From assembly GCA_027364845.1 (NCBI GenBank), contig DAHXOO010000007.1, positions 12,385-76,384 of the forward strand: a stretch of DNA of 64,000 bases, in the 5' to 3' direction. The stretch comes from Pseudomonadota bacterium (lineage in GTDB: Bacteria; Pseudomonadota; Gammaproteobacteria; Acidiferrobacterales; UBA6901). The position numbers and the translations under genes were made by a program. Positions 9,559 through 20,332 of the stretch are shown in pieces. How positions within the stretch are numbered: the stretch's first letter is position 1; each line of letters opens with the position of its first letter. Below the pieces are notes generated by a model. It was given only the letters and a program-made list of their open reading frames with translations. It had not been told where the DNA came from and did no database searches.

Positions 9559-10236
9559 TCAGACAGCGGGGTGTCGGGCCAGATCCGAAGCAAGCACATC
9601 AAGCAGGGCTGTGCGCAAATCGTTCAGGCGCTGGTGAAAGAAATGACCAGCGCCGCGTATGATCTGTAGTCTTGGCGGGGGTTCGAGGCCTGCTACCCAA
9701 TCCTGCACACCGTGCAGCGGAACGACTTCATCCAGATCGCCCTGAACAATGATGCCCGCTTTGCCGGGTGACGGTAGCGCGTTGAAGTCGTAGAGGTTAA
9801 CCGGTGGCGCTACTAGCACTATTCCAGATACCGGTTGCCGCGCCGCCGCGCGCAACGCCACGTAAGCCCCAAACGAAAATCCGGCGAACCATGTCTCGGC
9901 GTCCGGACAGTGGCCACGGGCCCAATCGGCCACGGCCACAACATCGTCGGTTTCACCGATTCCACTGTCATAGCGGCCGGCGCTGCGGCCAACCCCGCGG
10001 AAGTTAAAGCGCACAGTGCCCACACCCAATTCTGCAAAGGTACGGGCAAGCGTATGGACCACCTTGTTCTGCATGCTACCGCCATGCAGCGGGTGCGGAT
10101 GGCAGAGAACTGCCCGGACCGGTTTCTCTGACTCCGAATTAGGACACGTCACCAACGCTTCCAGCGGACCCGCCGGACCCTGAATGATGATCGGACCGGA
10201 TTCACATGGAAACAGCTCTTTATTGCGACTCGCCAT
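9559..10236 (-). CDS. Alpha/beta-fold hydrolase (HPHPxxGG family)
   Basis: CHPHPLHGGSMQNKVV and the GFSFGA nucleophile elbow. Start moved to the internal Met (MASRNKELF...) because the upstream extension is Arg/Gly-rich and non-protein-like. Confidence 0.7.
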   Translation of the reverse strand: MASRNKELFPCESGPIIIQGPAGPLEALVTCPNSESEKPVRAVLCHPHPLHGGSMQNKVVHTLARTFAELGVGTVRFNFRGVGRSAGRYDSGIGETDDVVAVADWARGHCPDAETWFAGFSFGAYVALRAAARQPVSGIVLVAPPVNLYDFNALPSPGKAGIIVQGDLDEVVPLHGVQDWVAGLEPPPRLQIIRGAGHFFHQRLNDLRTALLDVLASDLARHPAV

Positions 10237-10471
10237 TCTCTTTCGCCAGTGCGATCCCCGTATCGGCGGGCCCTGCGAGATCCGAAAAATCCGTCCGAGA
10301 CGAGTATCGTTGTTCCTTTCGCCTCGCCGCATTGTCTGACTTGACCCCGCGCCTCGGGACACAGCGGTCCCGGGCTCCTGCCATCCGCCATGCCGCGGCT
10401 GCCACGATTACTGTATGGCCTTTCGATCTGCGAAGAATACTGTCATCGTGTCCGGGAACTAGCTGAGGGCG

Positions 10472-11995
10472 TCATGGGCGGTCTTTGGCCGGAATCCCGC
10501 CGATGCCAAGCTGCTCCCAAATCAGGTCCACATGCTGCCGTACGGACGATGACATTGAGATCGTTCGGCCCCATTGGCGTGTGGTTTCAGGTGGCCATTT
10601 GCTCGTCGCGTCCAGGCCCATCTTGGCGCCAAGACCCGCTACCGGGCTGGCGAAATCGAGATAGTCTATGGGCGTGTTCTCGACAATGACCGTATCGCGC
10701 GCCGGATCGACACGCGTGGTTACCGCCCAAACGACGTCCTTCCAGTCGCGCACGTTTATATCGTCGTCGGTCACGATGACAAACTTGGTGTACATGAACT
10801 GGCGCAGGAAAGACCAGACGCCAAATAAAATGCGTTTGGCATGCCCGGGATACTGTTTTCGGATACTTACCACCGCCAGGCGGTAGGAACAACCCTCGGG
10901 TGGCAGGTAGAAATCCACGATCTCGGGAAACTGTTTCTGCAACAACGGCACGAACACCTCATTGAGCGCCAACCCGAGGATGGAGGGTTCGTCCGGCGGC
11001 CGACCAGTGTAGGTGCTGTGGTAAATGGGGTCCGTGCGATGGGTGATGCGCTCGACCGTAAACACAGGAAAGCGCTCGACCTCATTGTAATATCCAGTGT
11101 GATCTCCGAATGGCCCTTCCTCCGCCTCCTCCTGCGGTGCGATATACCCTTCGAGCACGAATTCCGCGGTGGCGGGAACCTGCAGGTTATTCGTGATGCA
11201 CTTCACCACGTCGGTTTTCGCGCCGCGCAGCAGGCCGGCGAACTGATACTCGGAAAGTGTGTCGGGTACTGGAGTCACTGCCGCCAGGATCGTAGCGGGG
11301 TCAGCGCCAAGCGCGACAGCCACGGGGAAGTGCTCTCCGGGATGTGCCCTGCACCAATCCCGGAAGTCCAGGGCACCGCCGCGGTGCGCAAGCCAGCGCA
11401 TGATCACCTTGTTGCGCCCGATCACCTGCTGCCTGTAGATTCCCAGATTCTGGCGCTCTTTGTTCGGTCCGCGTGTCACAGTCAGCCCCCAGGTGATCAA
11501 GGGGCCGGCGTCATCCGGCCAACAGGTCTGAACCGGGAGCCGTGCGAGGTCCACGGCATCCGCTTCGATCACGCATTCCTGACACGGTGCGTCTTTAACG
11601 ACGTGCGCCGGCATGTTGAGCACTTGCTTGAATGTCGGCAGCTTCTCCCACAGGTCACGGAACCCTTTCGGCGGCTCCGGCTCCTTGAGGAAGGCTAGTA
11701 GTCGACCCACATCGCGCAGCTCCTCAACCGATTCGGCTCCCATCCCCAAAGCCACGCGTCCAGGGGTACCAAAAAGGTTGGCAAGAACAGGCGTTGCATG
11801 ACCTTTGGGATGCGTGAACAGCAGCGCCGGACCGGCTGCGCGCAATACACGGTCGCAGATTTCCGTGATTTCGAGAAACGGGTCGACTTCGATATCGATG
11901 CGCTTGAGTTCGCCACGGCGTTCAAGCTCGGCGATGAAGTGGCGCAGGTCACGATAAATCAAGCGTTTCGCCTCAGGTGGGAGACATCGCAGCAA
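10472..11995 (-). CDS. ubiD: 4-hydroxy-3-polyprenylbenzoate decarboxylase
   Basis: [47 protein letters not shown] matches the UbiD N-terminus. There is no in-frame ATG, so TTG at 11995 or 11962 is the likely start. Confidence 0.9.
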   Translation of the reverse strand: MLRCLPPEAKRLIYRDLRHFIAELERRGELKRIDIEVDPFLEITEICDRVLRAAGPALLFTHPKGHATPVLANLFGTPGRVALGMGAESVEELRDVGRLLAFLKEPEPPKGFRDLWEKLPTFKQVLNMPAHVVKDAPCQECVIEADAVDLARLPVQTCWPDDAGPLITWGLTVTRGPNKERQNLGIYRQQVIGRNKVIMRWLAHRGGALDFRDWCRAHPGEHFPVAVALGADPATILAAVTPVPDTLSEYQFAGLLRGAKTDVVKCITNNLQVPATAEFVLEGYIAPQEEAEEGPFGDHTGYYNEVERFPVFTVERITHRTDPIYHSTYTGRPPDEPSILGLALNEVFVPLLQKQFPEIVDFYLPPEGCSYRLAVVSIRKQYPGHAKRILFGVWSFLRQFMYTKFVIVTDDDINVRDWKDVVWAVTTRVDPARDTVIVENTPIDYLDFASPVAGLGAKMGLDATSKWPPETTRQWGRTISMSSSVRQHVDLIWEQLGIGGIPAKDRP

Positions 11996-12025
11996 ACCGC
12001 CGCGACGCTGGTGCAGGATCCAAGC

Positions 12026-12655
12026 CTAGTGCGGGGCATCAAGCGATCTTTCCATGCCGGGCGGCACGGTCTCGGCGAACGAACCACGAGTGCTGATGCC
12101 GGCGAGCCAGTGGGCCAGGCGCGGATGCCGGTCGCGCCAGTCATGCGGAAAGCGGAAGTCGATGTATTCCAGCGCTATGCCCAACGCCAGGTCTGCAACG
12201 CTGAAGCGGTCGCCTACTAGATAGGCCAGACCCTTTTTAGCGTTGTCCGCATACTTCAGCGCCGCAATGATCTTGGTCTCCTGGTGCGTGATGAACTCCG
12301 GCGACTGCTTCTCCGGCGCCCGGCGAACCTCCATCAGACGGGCCACCACCGCATCCAGCACACCTTGCGCCAGCGCATGCCAGCGCAGAACCTGCCAGCG
12401 TGCCTCACCACTGCGCGGAATCAAAGGTTCACCTGCCAGACTGTCAAGGTATTCAATGATCAGTGGCGAATCGAACAGCACCTCGTTGTCGTCACGCACC
12501 AACAGCGGCACCTTGCCCAACGGATTGAGCGCAATCACATGCCCCGCCGGATCAGACGGTCCTTCGACGACCAAATCGCACGCTATTCCCTTCTCCTTCA
12601 ACAGTACCCGTACCTTGCGCACATAGGGTGAAGTCAACGATCCATACAGTTTCAT
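12026..12655 (-). CDS. Glutathione S-transferase family protein
   Basis: MKLYGSLTSPYVRKVRVLL...VPLL thioredoxin-like N-domain plus a helical C-domain. Confidence 0.8.
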   Translation of the reverse strand: MKLYGSLTSPYVRKVRVLLKEKGIACDLVVEGPSDPAGHVIALNPLGKVPLLVRDDNEVLFDSPLIIEYLDSLAGEPLIPRSGEARWQVLRWHALAQGVLDAVVARLMEVRRAPEKQSPEFITHQETKIIAALKYADNAKKGLAYLVGDRFSVADLALGIALEYIDFRFPHDWRDRHPRLAHWLAGISTRGSFAETVPPGMERSLDAPH

Positions 12656-12664
12656 TGGGTCCTC

Positions 12665-13537
12665 CTAGCGGTGGTAATCCAAGAGCAGGCCGACGTAGAC
12701 CGCCGCCCCGAAGTAATTGTTGTTCATGAACGCACGGAAGCATAGGTCGCAGTCACGGGTCCGGATCAGCATCTGCTGATAAACGGCAATCACGGCCGCC
12801 ACCGTTAGACCAGCATAATACAGCAATCCGCGCCCGGTTAGGGCGCCATCCCAAGCCAGAAAGGAGATCGTCAGCGCGTGACATGCGCCGACAAGCGCTC
12901 GATCCCAGCGCCCGAACAGGATGGCGGTGGATTTCACACCTATCTTCACGTCGTCGTCGCGGTCAACCATAGCGTACTCGGTGTCGTAGGCCACGGACCA
13001 GAAAATATTCGCACCCAGGAGTACCCAGGCGGCCGCAGGCACGGTGCCGGTTTGGGCGGCGAAGGCCATAGGAATTCCCCAGCCGAAGGCGAGTCCGAGA
13101 TAAAATTGCGGCAGCTGTGTATAACGCTTTGTCAGGGGATAGCTGACTGCCAGGAATGCGCCAACGAAAGCCAGCAGGATGGTCAACGCGTTCATCAGTA
13201 ACACGAGCGCGAAGCCGGCGACGCAGAGCACGACAAACAAAACGACTGCTTCGCGCGGCGTTACCCGCCCCGAGGCAATCGGCCGTCCACGAGTACGTGC
13301 CACGTGCGGATCGAACTTGCGGTCGGCGAAATCATTGATGACACAGCCGGCAGACCGCATGACGAAGACCCCGACGACAAACACGATCACCACCAGTGGC
13401 GAAGGACGTCCAGCACCAGCTATCCACAAAGCCCAAAGCGTCGGCCAAAGGAGTAGTAGTGCTCCGATCGGGCGGTGCCAGCGCATGAGCATTGCATAAT
13501 CGCGCAGGCGCGCGCGTACATTGGTCACCGCTTGCAT
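12665..13537 (-). CDS. ubiA: 4-hydroxybenzoate polyprenyltransferase
   Basis: From Met171 of the 460-aa ORF: MQAVTNVRARLRDYAMLMRWHRPIGALLLLWPTLWALW...NDFADRKFD, the UbiA prenyltransferase motif. The upstream part of the ORF overlaps ubiC and is rejected. Confidence 0.9.
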   Translation of the reverse strand: MQAVTNVRARLRDYAMLMRWHRPIGALLLLWPTLWALWIAGAGRPSPLVVIVFVVGVFVMRSAGCVINDFADRKFDPHVARTRGRPIASGRVTPREAVVLFVVLCVAGFALVLLMNALTILLAFVGAFLAVSYPLTKRYTQLPQFYLGLAFGWGIPMAFAAQTGTVPAAAWVLLGANIFWSVAYDTEYAMVDRDDDVKIGVKSTAILFGRWDRALVGACHALTISFLAWDGALTGRGLLYYAGLTVAAVIAVYQQMLIRTRDCDLCFRAFMNNNYFGAAVYVGLLLDYHR

Positions 13538-14085
13538 GGCGGAATGCCCGGAAGAAAATATTCGCTCACCATGAGCACCTTGCCGTTGATTAGAAATAAC
13601 GAGCGCCGCCCCCAAATCACCTGCGGCGAATATCCTGTGCCACGCGTCGCCGTCGCATACAGGGAATCCCCTGGCACAAGGCGCTCGATCGTTACGCGGA
13701 CGCGCTTCAAGGTGGAATTCGTGAACAGCACTCCGCCGAGTGGTCGCGCCTTCAGATGTGCTAGCCGCCGCTCGGGCCCGCGCAGCGTGGCCGCTGGGAT
13801 AATGGTGCGCGCGAAAACCCACGCCTGCCGGTCGCAGCGCAGATAGACCTGGCGCACCAGGCCGTATCTGCCAGGTGGCACGCCAAGCTCCAACGCTTCG
13901 CACGATCGCGGAAGAGACCAGCGTTGTGCCAGGACCTCGACATTGAATCTTCCGGCGCAGACTGCCCGCAGTCTCCCTGTCAGCGAAGCTGGATCGAGAA
14001 GCCAGTTCCGAATCTCCGACGGCGCCGCCGAGACGTCCATCCGGCAACGATAAAGCCAGGGAGATTCAACCAGGCGCATGATCAT
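13525..14085 (-). CDS. ubiC: Chorismate pyruvate-lyase
   Basis: WLLDPASLTGRL...VRQVYLRCDRQAWVFARTIIP...LGGVLF pattern of UbiC. Its end overlaps the ubiA start by 13 nt. The exact start is uncertain (Met1, Met3 or Met16). Confidence 0.75.
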   Translation of the reverse strand: MIMRLVESPWLYRCRMDVSAAPSEIRNWLLDPASLTGRLRAVCAGRFNVEVLAQRWSLPRSCEALELGVPPGRYGLVRQVYLRCDRQAWVFARTIIPAATLRGPERRLAHLKARPLGGVLFTNSTLKRVRVTIERLVPGDSLYATATRGTGYSPQVIWGRRSLFLINGKVLMVSEYFLPGIPPCKR

Positions 14086-14216
14086 GCCTTTTTCAACGCT
14101 CGGCGCCAGTCGGACGCGCCAGACGGAGCGTCACCGATTCCGAGCCGCCTCGGCAGCACTGAGAAAAGTTCATGGGCGCATTATGCCGTCCGGGCGAGAT
14201 CCGGGCCAGATATCCA

Positions 14217-16289
14217 CTACACTTCGGCGTAGCTGTCGCGGACACCGAGCCATCGGCGCACGATGGGCGTGACATTCTGTGGATAGCGGTTTAGCAATAG
14301 GCTGGCTACCCGCTCGATTTGCGGCAGCGCCGACTGGTCCCGCACAAGGTCCGCGATATGGAACTGCTGCTCTCCCGCCTGCCGCGTGCCGAGGACCTCA
14401 CCTGGCCCGCGCATCTCAAGATCCTTGCGCGCTATCTCGAAACCGTCGTTGGTGGCGCGCATGATTGCCAGCCGTTCTCGGGCTGCCGCCGAAAGCGGCG
14501 CGCGATACATCAGCACGCAACTGCTCGCGACGGCACCGCGTCCCACACGGCCGCGCAACTGGTGCAGCTGGGATAATCCGAGACGTTCGGCGTTTTCGAT
14601 GATCATTAGGCTGGCATTCGGTACATCCACGCCGACTTCGATGACGGTTGTGGCCACCAACAGATCGATGGCACCGCGCTTGAACGCGGTCATCGCTTGC
14701 TCCTTTTCCGCTGGCTTCATACGGCCATGGACAAGCCGGATCTGCAGCTCCGGCAAAGCCTGTCGCAAAACAGCCTCTGTCGCAGTGACGGTCTGAAGCT
14801 GCACCGCGTCCGACTCGTCGATCAGGGGGCAAACCCAATATGCCTGCCGTCGTTCAAGGCAGGCGCTGCGCACGCGCTGCACGACATCCTGGCGCCGGCT
14901 GTCGGGAATCACCGCGGTTTCAACCGGGTGGCGTCCGGCGGGCAGCTCATCGATGGTCGATAGATCGAGGTCTGCATAGACTGACTGGGCCAGCGTGCGC
15001 GGTATCGGTGTCGCGGTCATGATCAGCTGATGCGGCCAGCAACCGTCTGCGGCACCCTTCTCGCGCAGCATCAAACGCTGGTGCACGCCGAAGCGGTGCT
15101 GCTCGTCGACGACGACAAGGCCGAGCCTGCTGAATTCGATGTTGCGCTGGAACAGCGCATGGGTTCCGACCACAACCGGCGCGTCTCCCGAGGCAATGAG
15201 TTCCGACATCGAGCGGCGTGTGTGGGCGTTGAGCCTGCCGGTCAGCCAGGCAACCTCGATGTTCATGGGCGCAAACCAGTCCCGGAAATTGCGCCAGTGC
15301 TGCTCGGCTAGAAGCTCGGTCGGGGCCATGATGGCTACCTGCCATCCACATTCGACCGCGTGGAGCGCGGCCGCGGCGGCGACCAGAGTTTTGCCCGATC
15401 CCACGTCACCCTGGACCAGGCGCTGCATTGGCTGCCTTTGGCGCAGGTCGCGGGCGATTTCTTCTATCACCCGCCGTTGCGCTGCCGTGAGCGCGAACGG
15501 AAGACGCGCAAGCAGCATATCGAACAATCTGCCGCCCGCGTCAATAGGAGGTGCGGCATGCCGCCTGATCCGCTCCCGCAGATTCCTGAGGCTCAGGCAG
15601 TGCGCCAGCAGTTCCTCGAAGGCAAGACGCTGCTGTGCGGGATGGAGCCCTTGCATCAGCAGATCAACCGCTGCCTGCGGGGGTGGCCGATGTACATAGT
15701 CCAGGGCCTCCTGCAGCGTAGGCAGCTGTAGCATCGCAAGCACCTCTTGCGGCAACCATTCGCGGATGCGTTGCAGGCTCGTATCAAGAACTCCAGTGAT
15801 GAGCCGGCGCAGCGAAATCTGATGCACGCCCTCCGTCACCGGGTATACGGGCGTAAGGCGGGTCTCCGGTTCCGGCCTCACGCCCTCGGGTAGCAGCTCG
15901 TACTCTGGGTGCACTAGTTCCAGCCCCATCGGCCCGCTCCGCACCTCGCCAAAGCAGCGCAATGTGCGGCCGCGCTGGAGGGTATCGCGCTGGGCGCCGG
16001 AGAAGTGAAAGAACCGCAGCAGAACGCTGCCGCTGCCATCAGCCACGTGGCACAGCAGATTGCGGCGTCCGCGGTAGACCACGTCTGCGAGCTCGATGTT
16101 TCCGCAGAGCATCGCCTCCTGGCCAGCCCGTAGGCTGCCGATCGGCGTGAGCCGGGTACGGTCCTGATAACGGAGTGGGAGGTGAAACAGCACGTCTTGC
16201 ACCGTGTGTAGGCCCAGACGTCCCAGCTTCGCGGCAACTCTAGGTCCGACTCCCTTGAGCGCCGAGACCGGCTGCAGCTCGATGTCCAT
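14217..16289 (-). CDS. recG: ATP-dependent DNA helicase RecG
   Basis: Wedge domain plus SF2 helicase motifs (GDVGSGKT, DEQH). Start placed at MDIELQPVSALKGVGPRVAAKL, which avoids overlap with ridA. Confidence 0.92.
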   Translation of the reverse strand: MDIELQPVSALKGVGPRVAAKLGRLGLHTVQDVLFHLPLRYQDRTRLTPIGSLRAGQEAMLCGNIELADVVYRGRRNLLCHVADGSGSVLLRFFHFSGAQRDTLQRGRTLRCFGEVRSGPMGLELVHPEYELLPEGVRPEPETRLTPVYPVTEGVHQISLRRLITGVLDTSLQRIREWLPQEVLAMLQLPTLQEALDYVHRPPPQAAVDLLMQGLHPAQQRLAFEELLAHCLSLRNLRERIRRHAAPPIDAGGRLFDMLLARLPFALTAAQRRVIEEIARDLRQRQPMQRLVQGDVGSGKTLVAAAAALHAVECGWQVAIMAPTELLAEQHWRNFRDWFAPMNIEVAWLTGRLNAHTRRSMSELIASGDAPVVVGTHALFQRNIEFSRLGLVVVDEQHRFGVHQRLMLREKGAADGCWPHQLIMTATPIPRTLAQSVYADLDLSTIDELPAGRHPVETAVIPDSRRQDVVQRVRSACLERRQAYWVCPLIDESDAVQLQTVTATEAVLRQALPELQIRLVHGRMKPAEKEQAMTAFKRGAIDLLVATTVIEVGVDVPNASLMIIENAERLGLSQLHQLRGRVGRGAVASSCVLMYRAPLSAAARERLAIMRATNDGFEIARKDLEMRGPGEVLGTRQAGEQQFHIADLVRDQSALPQIERVASLLLNRYPQNVTPIVRRWLGVRDSYAEV

Positions 16290-16308
16290 TGGATGAAAGA
16301 GACGGTAT

Positions 16309-16698
16309 CTATTGGTCCTCGAGGACCATAATCGCATCCACCTCGACCGGTGCCCCTTTGGGCAGGTCGGCAACACCCACGGCGGCACGGGCCGGATAGG
16401 GCTTGCGGAAGTAATCGGCCATGACTTCGTTCACGACTGGAAAATTGGCGAGATCCGTGAGATAGACGTTAAGCTTCACAACCTGCTCCAGCCCTCCACC
16501 GGCAGCCCTGGCAACCGCTGCCAGATTCTCAAACACCCGGACGATCTGGCCACGGATGTTTCCAGTCTCAAGATCACCGCTGCCGGGGCGCAAAGGGATC
16601 TGTCCTGAAAGGTAAACGGTCGAACCGGCTTTCACTGCCTGCGAATACGTACCGATGGCCTGCGGAGCGTCATCGGTCTGGATTGTCTCTCTTTTCAT
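16309..16698 (-). CDS. ridA: RidA/YjgF family reactive-intermediate deaminase
   Basis: [26 protein letters not shown] and [17 protein letters not shown] are RidA signatures. Confidence 0.88.
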   Translation of the reverse strand: MKRETIQTDDAPQAIGTYSQAVKAGSTVYLSGQIPLRPGSGDLETGNIRGQIVRVFENLAAVARAAGGGLEQVVKLNVYLTDLANFPVVNEVMADYFRKPYPARAAVGVADLPKGAPVEVDAIMVLEDQ

Positions 16699-16781
16699 TG
16701 GTCACCTCGATTGGAAATTGCCAAGGGCGTGGACAACAGTCCACGCGCGAGGCACGTCGGCACCATGGATTGCCCGAGTCC

Positions 16782-18905
16782 CTACCCTTTCATTCGGTTG
16801 ATGCGTATGACAGATTCCTGGGAACGAATGCGGCGAATGATTTTGGCCAGATGCGCACGGTCGTGCACTTCGACCGTGAAGTCAATGGAGGCATTGAAAC
16901 CGTCACGCTCCTCGATGGACACGGCATCGATGTTCGCATCCATATCGGCGATCGCCGCCGCTACCATGGCGAGAACACCGCGCTGGTTCTTGACCTCGAC
17001 ACGCAGACTGACCGGAAAAACGGTTTCGATATTGTTCTCCCAGCGAACGTCAATCCACTGCTCCGGATGCTTACGGTACTTAACCACGTTCGGACAGTCT
17101 TCGGTGTGAATGACAATGCCACGGCCCGCCGACAGGAAGCCGAGAATGGGATCACCCGGGATCGGGCGGCAACAACGTGCGAAAGTCACAACCACTCCCT
17201 CGGTGCCGCGGATCGCCAATCCGGGCAGTTTCTCGGCCGTCGTCCTGGCTTCCGCCGACGCCGGCAGCAACTGGCGCGCCACCACCGCGGCAAGCCGGTT
17301 CCCCAGCCCTATGTCAGCGAGAAGATCGTCCCAGCTGCGCGTCTTTAGTGTCCTCAGCAGGGAAGCCCTCTGCGCTTCATCTACGGCCGGCCGCTCGACG
17401 CCAGTCTCCTGCAAAGCCTTGTTGAGCAGGCGTTCACCGAGCTTTACCGACTCGCCGCGCTGCAGATTCTTGAGATAACTGCGAATATGGGCGCGCGCCT
17501 TGCCGGTCACGACGTAATCGAGCCACATCGGATTTGGGCGGCTCCATTTAGAAGTGATGATCTCGACATGATCACCATTGCGCAACGTGGTGCGCAGCGG
17601 CACCAGTTCGTGGTTGATCTTTGCACCGACACAGTTGTTGCCCACATCGGTGTGGACGTCATAGGCAAAGTCGACGACGGTCGCGCCACGCGGCAGCTTC
17701 CTGATATCGCCGTTAGGAGTAAATACATAGACTTCGTCAGGAAAAAGATCGACCTTCAGATGCTCCAGGAACTCGTTCGGGTTTCCAGCCTGCTGCTGGA
17801 TCTCGAGAAGATCCTTGAGCCACTGCAGCGCATGCTTGTGAACCTGGGCACTGTGATCACCACTCTTGTAAAGCCAGTGCGCCGCAACACCCGCCTGCGC
17901 CACCCGGTGCATATCTTCCGTCCGGATCTGCACCTCAATCGACACACCGAAAGGGCCGAAAACCACCGTATGCAGCGACTGGTAACCATTGGCCTTCGGA
18001 ATCGCGATGTAGTCCTTGAACCGTCCGGGTATGGGTTTGTACAGGTTATGGATGATGCCGAGCATTCGGTAGCAGGCATCCACCTTGTCGACGATGATGC
18101 GGAATGCATATACGTCGTAGACTTGCTCGAAAGTCAGGGATTTCTGGCGCATCTTTTTGTAGATGCTGTAAAGATTCTTCTCGCGCCCCGAGACCTCGGC
18201 CGCCAGACCCTCCTGCTTCAGCTGGTTCAGGATCGCGCCCCGAACCTTTTCGACAAGAGTCTTGCGGTTGCCGTGCCGCTTGCGTGTGGCTTCAGCAAGT
18301 ACTCGGTAACGTAGCGGGTAAAGGTTGGCGAACCCCAGGTCTTCGAGCTCATGCGACCACTGGTGCATGCCGAGACGATTGGCAATGGGCGCGTAGATGT
18401 CCAGAGTTTCGTGCGCAATGTCGCGCCGCCGCTCCGGCGGCAGGGCTCCCAGAGTGCGCATGTTGTGCAGACGGTCGGCAAGCTTGATGAGAATCACCCG
18501 GATGTCTTGTGACATCGCGAGCAGCATCTTACGAAAATTCTCGGCCTGTTCTTCCTCCTTGGTCTTGAATTCTATCTGGCCGATCTTACTGACTCCGTCG
18601 ACCAGTTCGGCGACATCCTTGCCGAAATCCGCAGCAACCTGTTCCTTCGCGGTAGGCGTGTCCTCGATCACGTCGTGCAGAATGGCAGCGATGATGCTTC
18701 TGCTGTCAAGATGCATCGACGCCAGAATGCGGGCGACTTCTAGGGGATGAAAAATGTACGGCTCACCGCTACGTCGGCGCTGCCCTTCATGCGCCTGGGC
18801 GCCAAACAGGTAGGCCCGGTAGACATCAGCGACTTCGGGGGCCGGTAGAAACGTCTCCAGCAGTACACATAGGTCTCCGATCTGGAACCTATCGCCCCTC
18901 GTCAC
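16782..18905 (-). CDS. spoT: Bifunctional (p)ppGpp synthetase/hydrolase
   Basis: HD hydrolase domain (AHEGQRRRSGEPYIFHPLEVA), RelA/SpoT synthetase, TGS and ACT regions. Start set to GTG at 18905, just after the rpoZ stop, giving about 708 aa, which is typical. Confidence 0.9.
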   Translation of the reverse strand: MTRGDRFQIGDLCVLLETFLPAPEVADVYRAYLFGAQAHEGQRRRSGEPYIFHPLEVARILASMHLDSRSIIAAILHDVIEDTPTAKEQVAADFGKDVAELVDGVSKIGQIEFKTKEEEQAENFRKMLLAMSQDIRVILIKLADRLHNMRTLGALPPERRRDIAHETLDIYAPIANRLGMHQWSHELEDLGFANLYPLRYRVLAEATRKRHGNRKTLVEKVRGAILNQLKQEGLAAEVSGREKNLYSIYKKMRQKSLTFEQVYDVYAFRIIVDKVDACYRMLGIIHNLYKPIPGRFKDYIAIPKANGYQSLHTVVFGPFGVSIEVQIRTEDMHRVAQAGVAAHWLYKSGDHSAQVHKHALQWLKDLLEIQQQAGNPNEFLEHLKVDLFPDEVYVFTPNGDIRKLPRGATVVDFAYDVHTDVGNNCVGAKINHELVPLRTTLRNGDHVEIITSKWSRPNPMWLDYVVTGKARAHIRSYLKNLQRGESVKLGERLLNKALQETGVERPAVDEAQRASLLRTLKTRSWDDLLADIGLGNRLAAVVARQLLPASAEARTTAEKLPGLAIRGTEGVVVTFARCCRPIPGDPILGFLSAGRGIVIHTEDCPNVVKYRKHPEQWIDVRWENNIETVFPVSLRVEVKNQRGVLAMVAAAIADMDANIDAVSIEERDGFNASIDFTVEVHDRAHLAKIIRRIRSQESVIRINRMKG

Positions 18906-18918
18906 TATGGACGCTTGA

Positions 18919-19227
18919 TCAGGGAGAACTGGCGCCGCCTTCCTTTTCTGCAGGCGCAGCAGGCGCGACCGCGTCTGTCGCGATCTGCGCCGTAGTGTCG
19001 TCATCAGGTTCGTATGCAGCCTCCGGACCCTTCTCATCCAGGATAGCGTTTGTGACGAAGCCACCGGCAATCTCGCGCAGAGCCACAACGGTAGGCTTGT
19101 CGTTTTCGCGGCTTACACAGGGCTCAGCACCAAGCGCAAGCTGCCGGGCGCGTTTTGTAGCTACCAGAACCAGCTGGAAGCGGTTTTCCACATTCTCAAG
19201 ACAATCCTCTACGGTAACTCTGGCCAT
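18919..19227 (-). CDS. rpoZ: DNA-directed RNA polymerase subunit omega
   Basis: [30 protein letters not shown] is the canonical RpoZ N-terminus. Confidence 0.9.
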   Translation of the reverse strand: MARVTVEDCLENVENRFQLVLVATKRARQLALGAEPCVSRENDKPTVVALREIAGGFVTNAILDEKGPEAAYEPDDDTTAQIATDAVAPAAPAEKEGGASSP

Positions 19228-19436
19228 GCTTCACCTCTATCTATGGAATCACCCTTCTATTCCGGAAGTCGCACGACGACCTCATCCCGCCCTGACTGCG
19301 CACAGGGCATGCGTGCATGCTCATAATGCCGGGAGAAACCGGAACAGACCGACTGCCGCAACGCCCGCTCCCCTGTGACGGTCGCCAGGTTACAGCCACA
19401 CTTAACTGACATCTTACTGATAATTTGAGTATTTTT

Positions 19437-20045
19437 CTATTCGTCCCGTAAAAGGGCAGGAATATCGAGGGTTACCGGCCGAACATTGCCGAAATTGTTG
19501 TCCAGAATGGCCCGGATATCGGCCAGTGCTGCGGCAAAATCATCGTTTACCACGACATGATCGAACTCTTTGTAATGGCGCATTTCCGATGCGGCATTCC
19601 GCATCCGTCGCACTATGGTCTCGGGACTGTCCTGACCACGGCCGACCAGTCGCGCGTGAAGCGCTTCCCGGGAAGGGGGAAGCACAAAAACCGTGACCGC
19701 ATCCGGAACGAGTTCCTTGATGCGCCGGGCACCCTGCCAGTCTATGTCCAAGACCACGTTCTTGCCGGCAGCCAGGAGATTTTCGATGGACTCCCGTGCC
19801 GTTCCGTAAGAGTTGCCAAAAACCCGCGCATGCTCGACGAACCGGTCTTCCTTGATCATGGCCGCAAACTGGTCCGCGGAAACAAAATAATAGTCCACTC
19901 CGTGTTGTTCCCCGGGGCGCGGCGCGCGTGTGGTATGGGACACCGAAATTGCAACGTTCGGGACGCTCGCTGCAAGTGCCTTGGCCAGGCTCGACTTGCC
20001 GGCCCCAGAGGGGGCGGACAGTATAAGAAGTATTCCGGGGTTCAT
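19437..20045 (-). CDS. gmk: Guanylate kinase
   Basis: P-loop [11 protein letters not shown], then [17 protein letters not shown]. Confidence 0.92.
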   Translation of the reverse strand: MNPGILLILSAPSGAGKSSLAKALAASVPNVAISVSHTTRAPRPGEQHGVDYYFVSADQFAAMIKEDRFVEHARVFGNSYGTARESIENLLAAGKNVVLDIDWQGARRIKELVPDAVTVFVLPPSREALHARLVGRGQDSPETIVRRMRNAASEMRHYKEFDHVVVNDDFAAALADIRAILDNNFGNVRPVTLDIPALLRDE

Positions 20046-20332
20046 AAATGAAGCGACCTACGAATCTAGCAACAATAGGAGCATCGTCAGCCGAAATTGG
20101 CGCGCCGTCGAGGGCAGGTGGCGACCAGACAAGTTGCCTTTGTTATGGCCCACGACAAGTCTCCTAAAAGTGCGTACTTATAAAAATTGACCAAACCGCC
20201 ATATGGGCACACAAATGATTACCGGCCTAGTGTGCGACTTTATAAAACCGTGCGCAATGCACGGGCATAATAGCAGCCGCGTTTTTCTGCGGCTTTCCGG
20301 AGTGGGTGAGCTTTATGAAATGCAGTGAATTG

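Noticed and set aside
13538-14047. N-terminal 170 aa of the 460-aa ORF that would fuse an extension onto UbiA
   Set aside because: The extension overlaps ubiC in another frame and is Arg/Ala/Gly-rich. The UbiA family N-terminus begins at the internal Met (13537).
18906-19088. ATG-initiated N-terminal extension of spoT overlapping most of rpoZ
   Set aside because: rpoZ is unambiguous in its own frame. The GTG at 18905 just after the rpoZ stop gives a SpoT of about 708 aa, close to the roughly 700 aa I recall for E. coli SpoT. The same logic trims recG (16290-16388 overlaps ridA).
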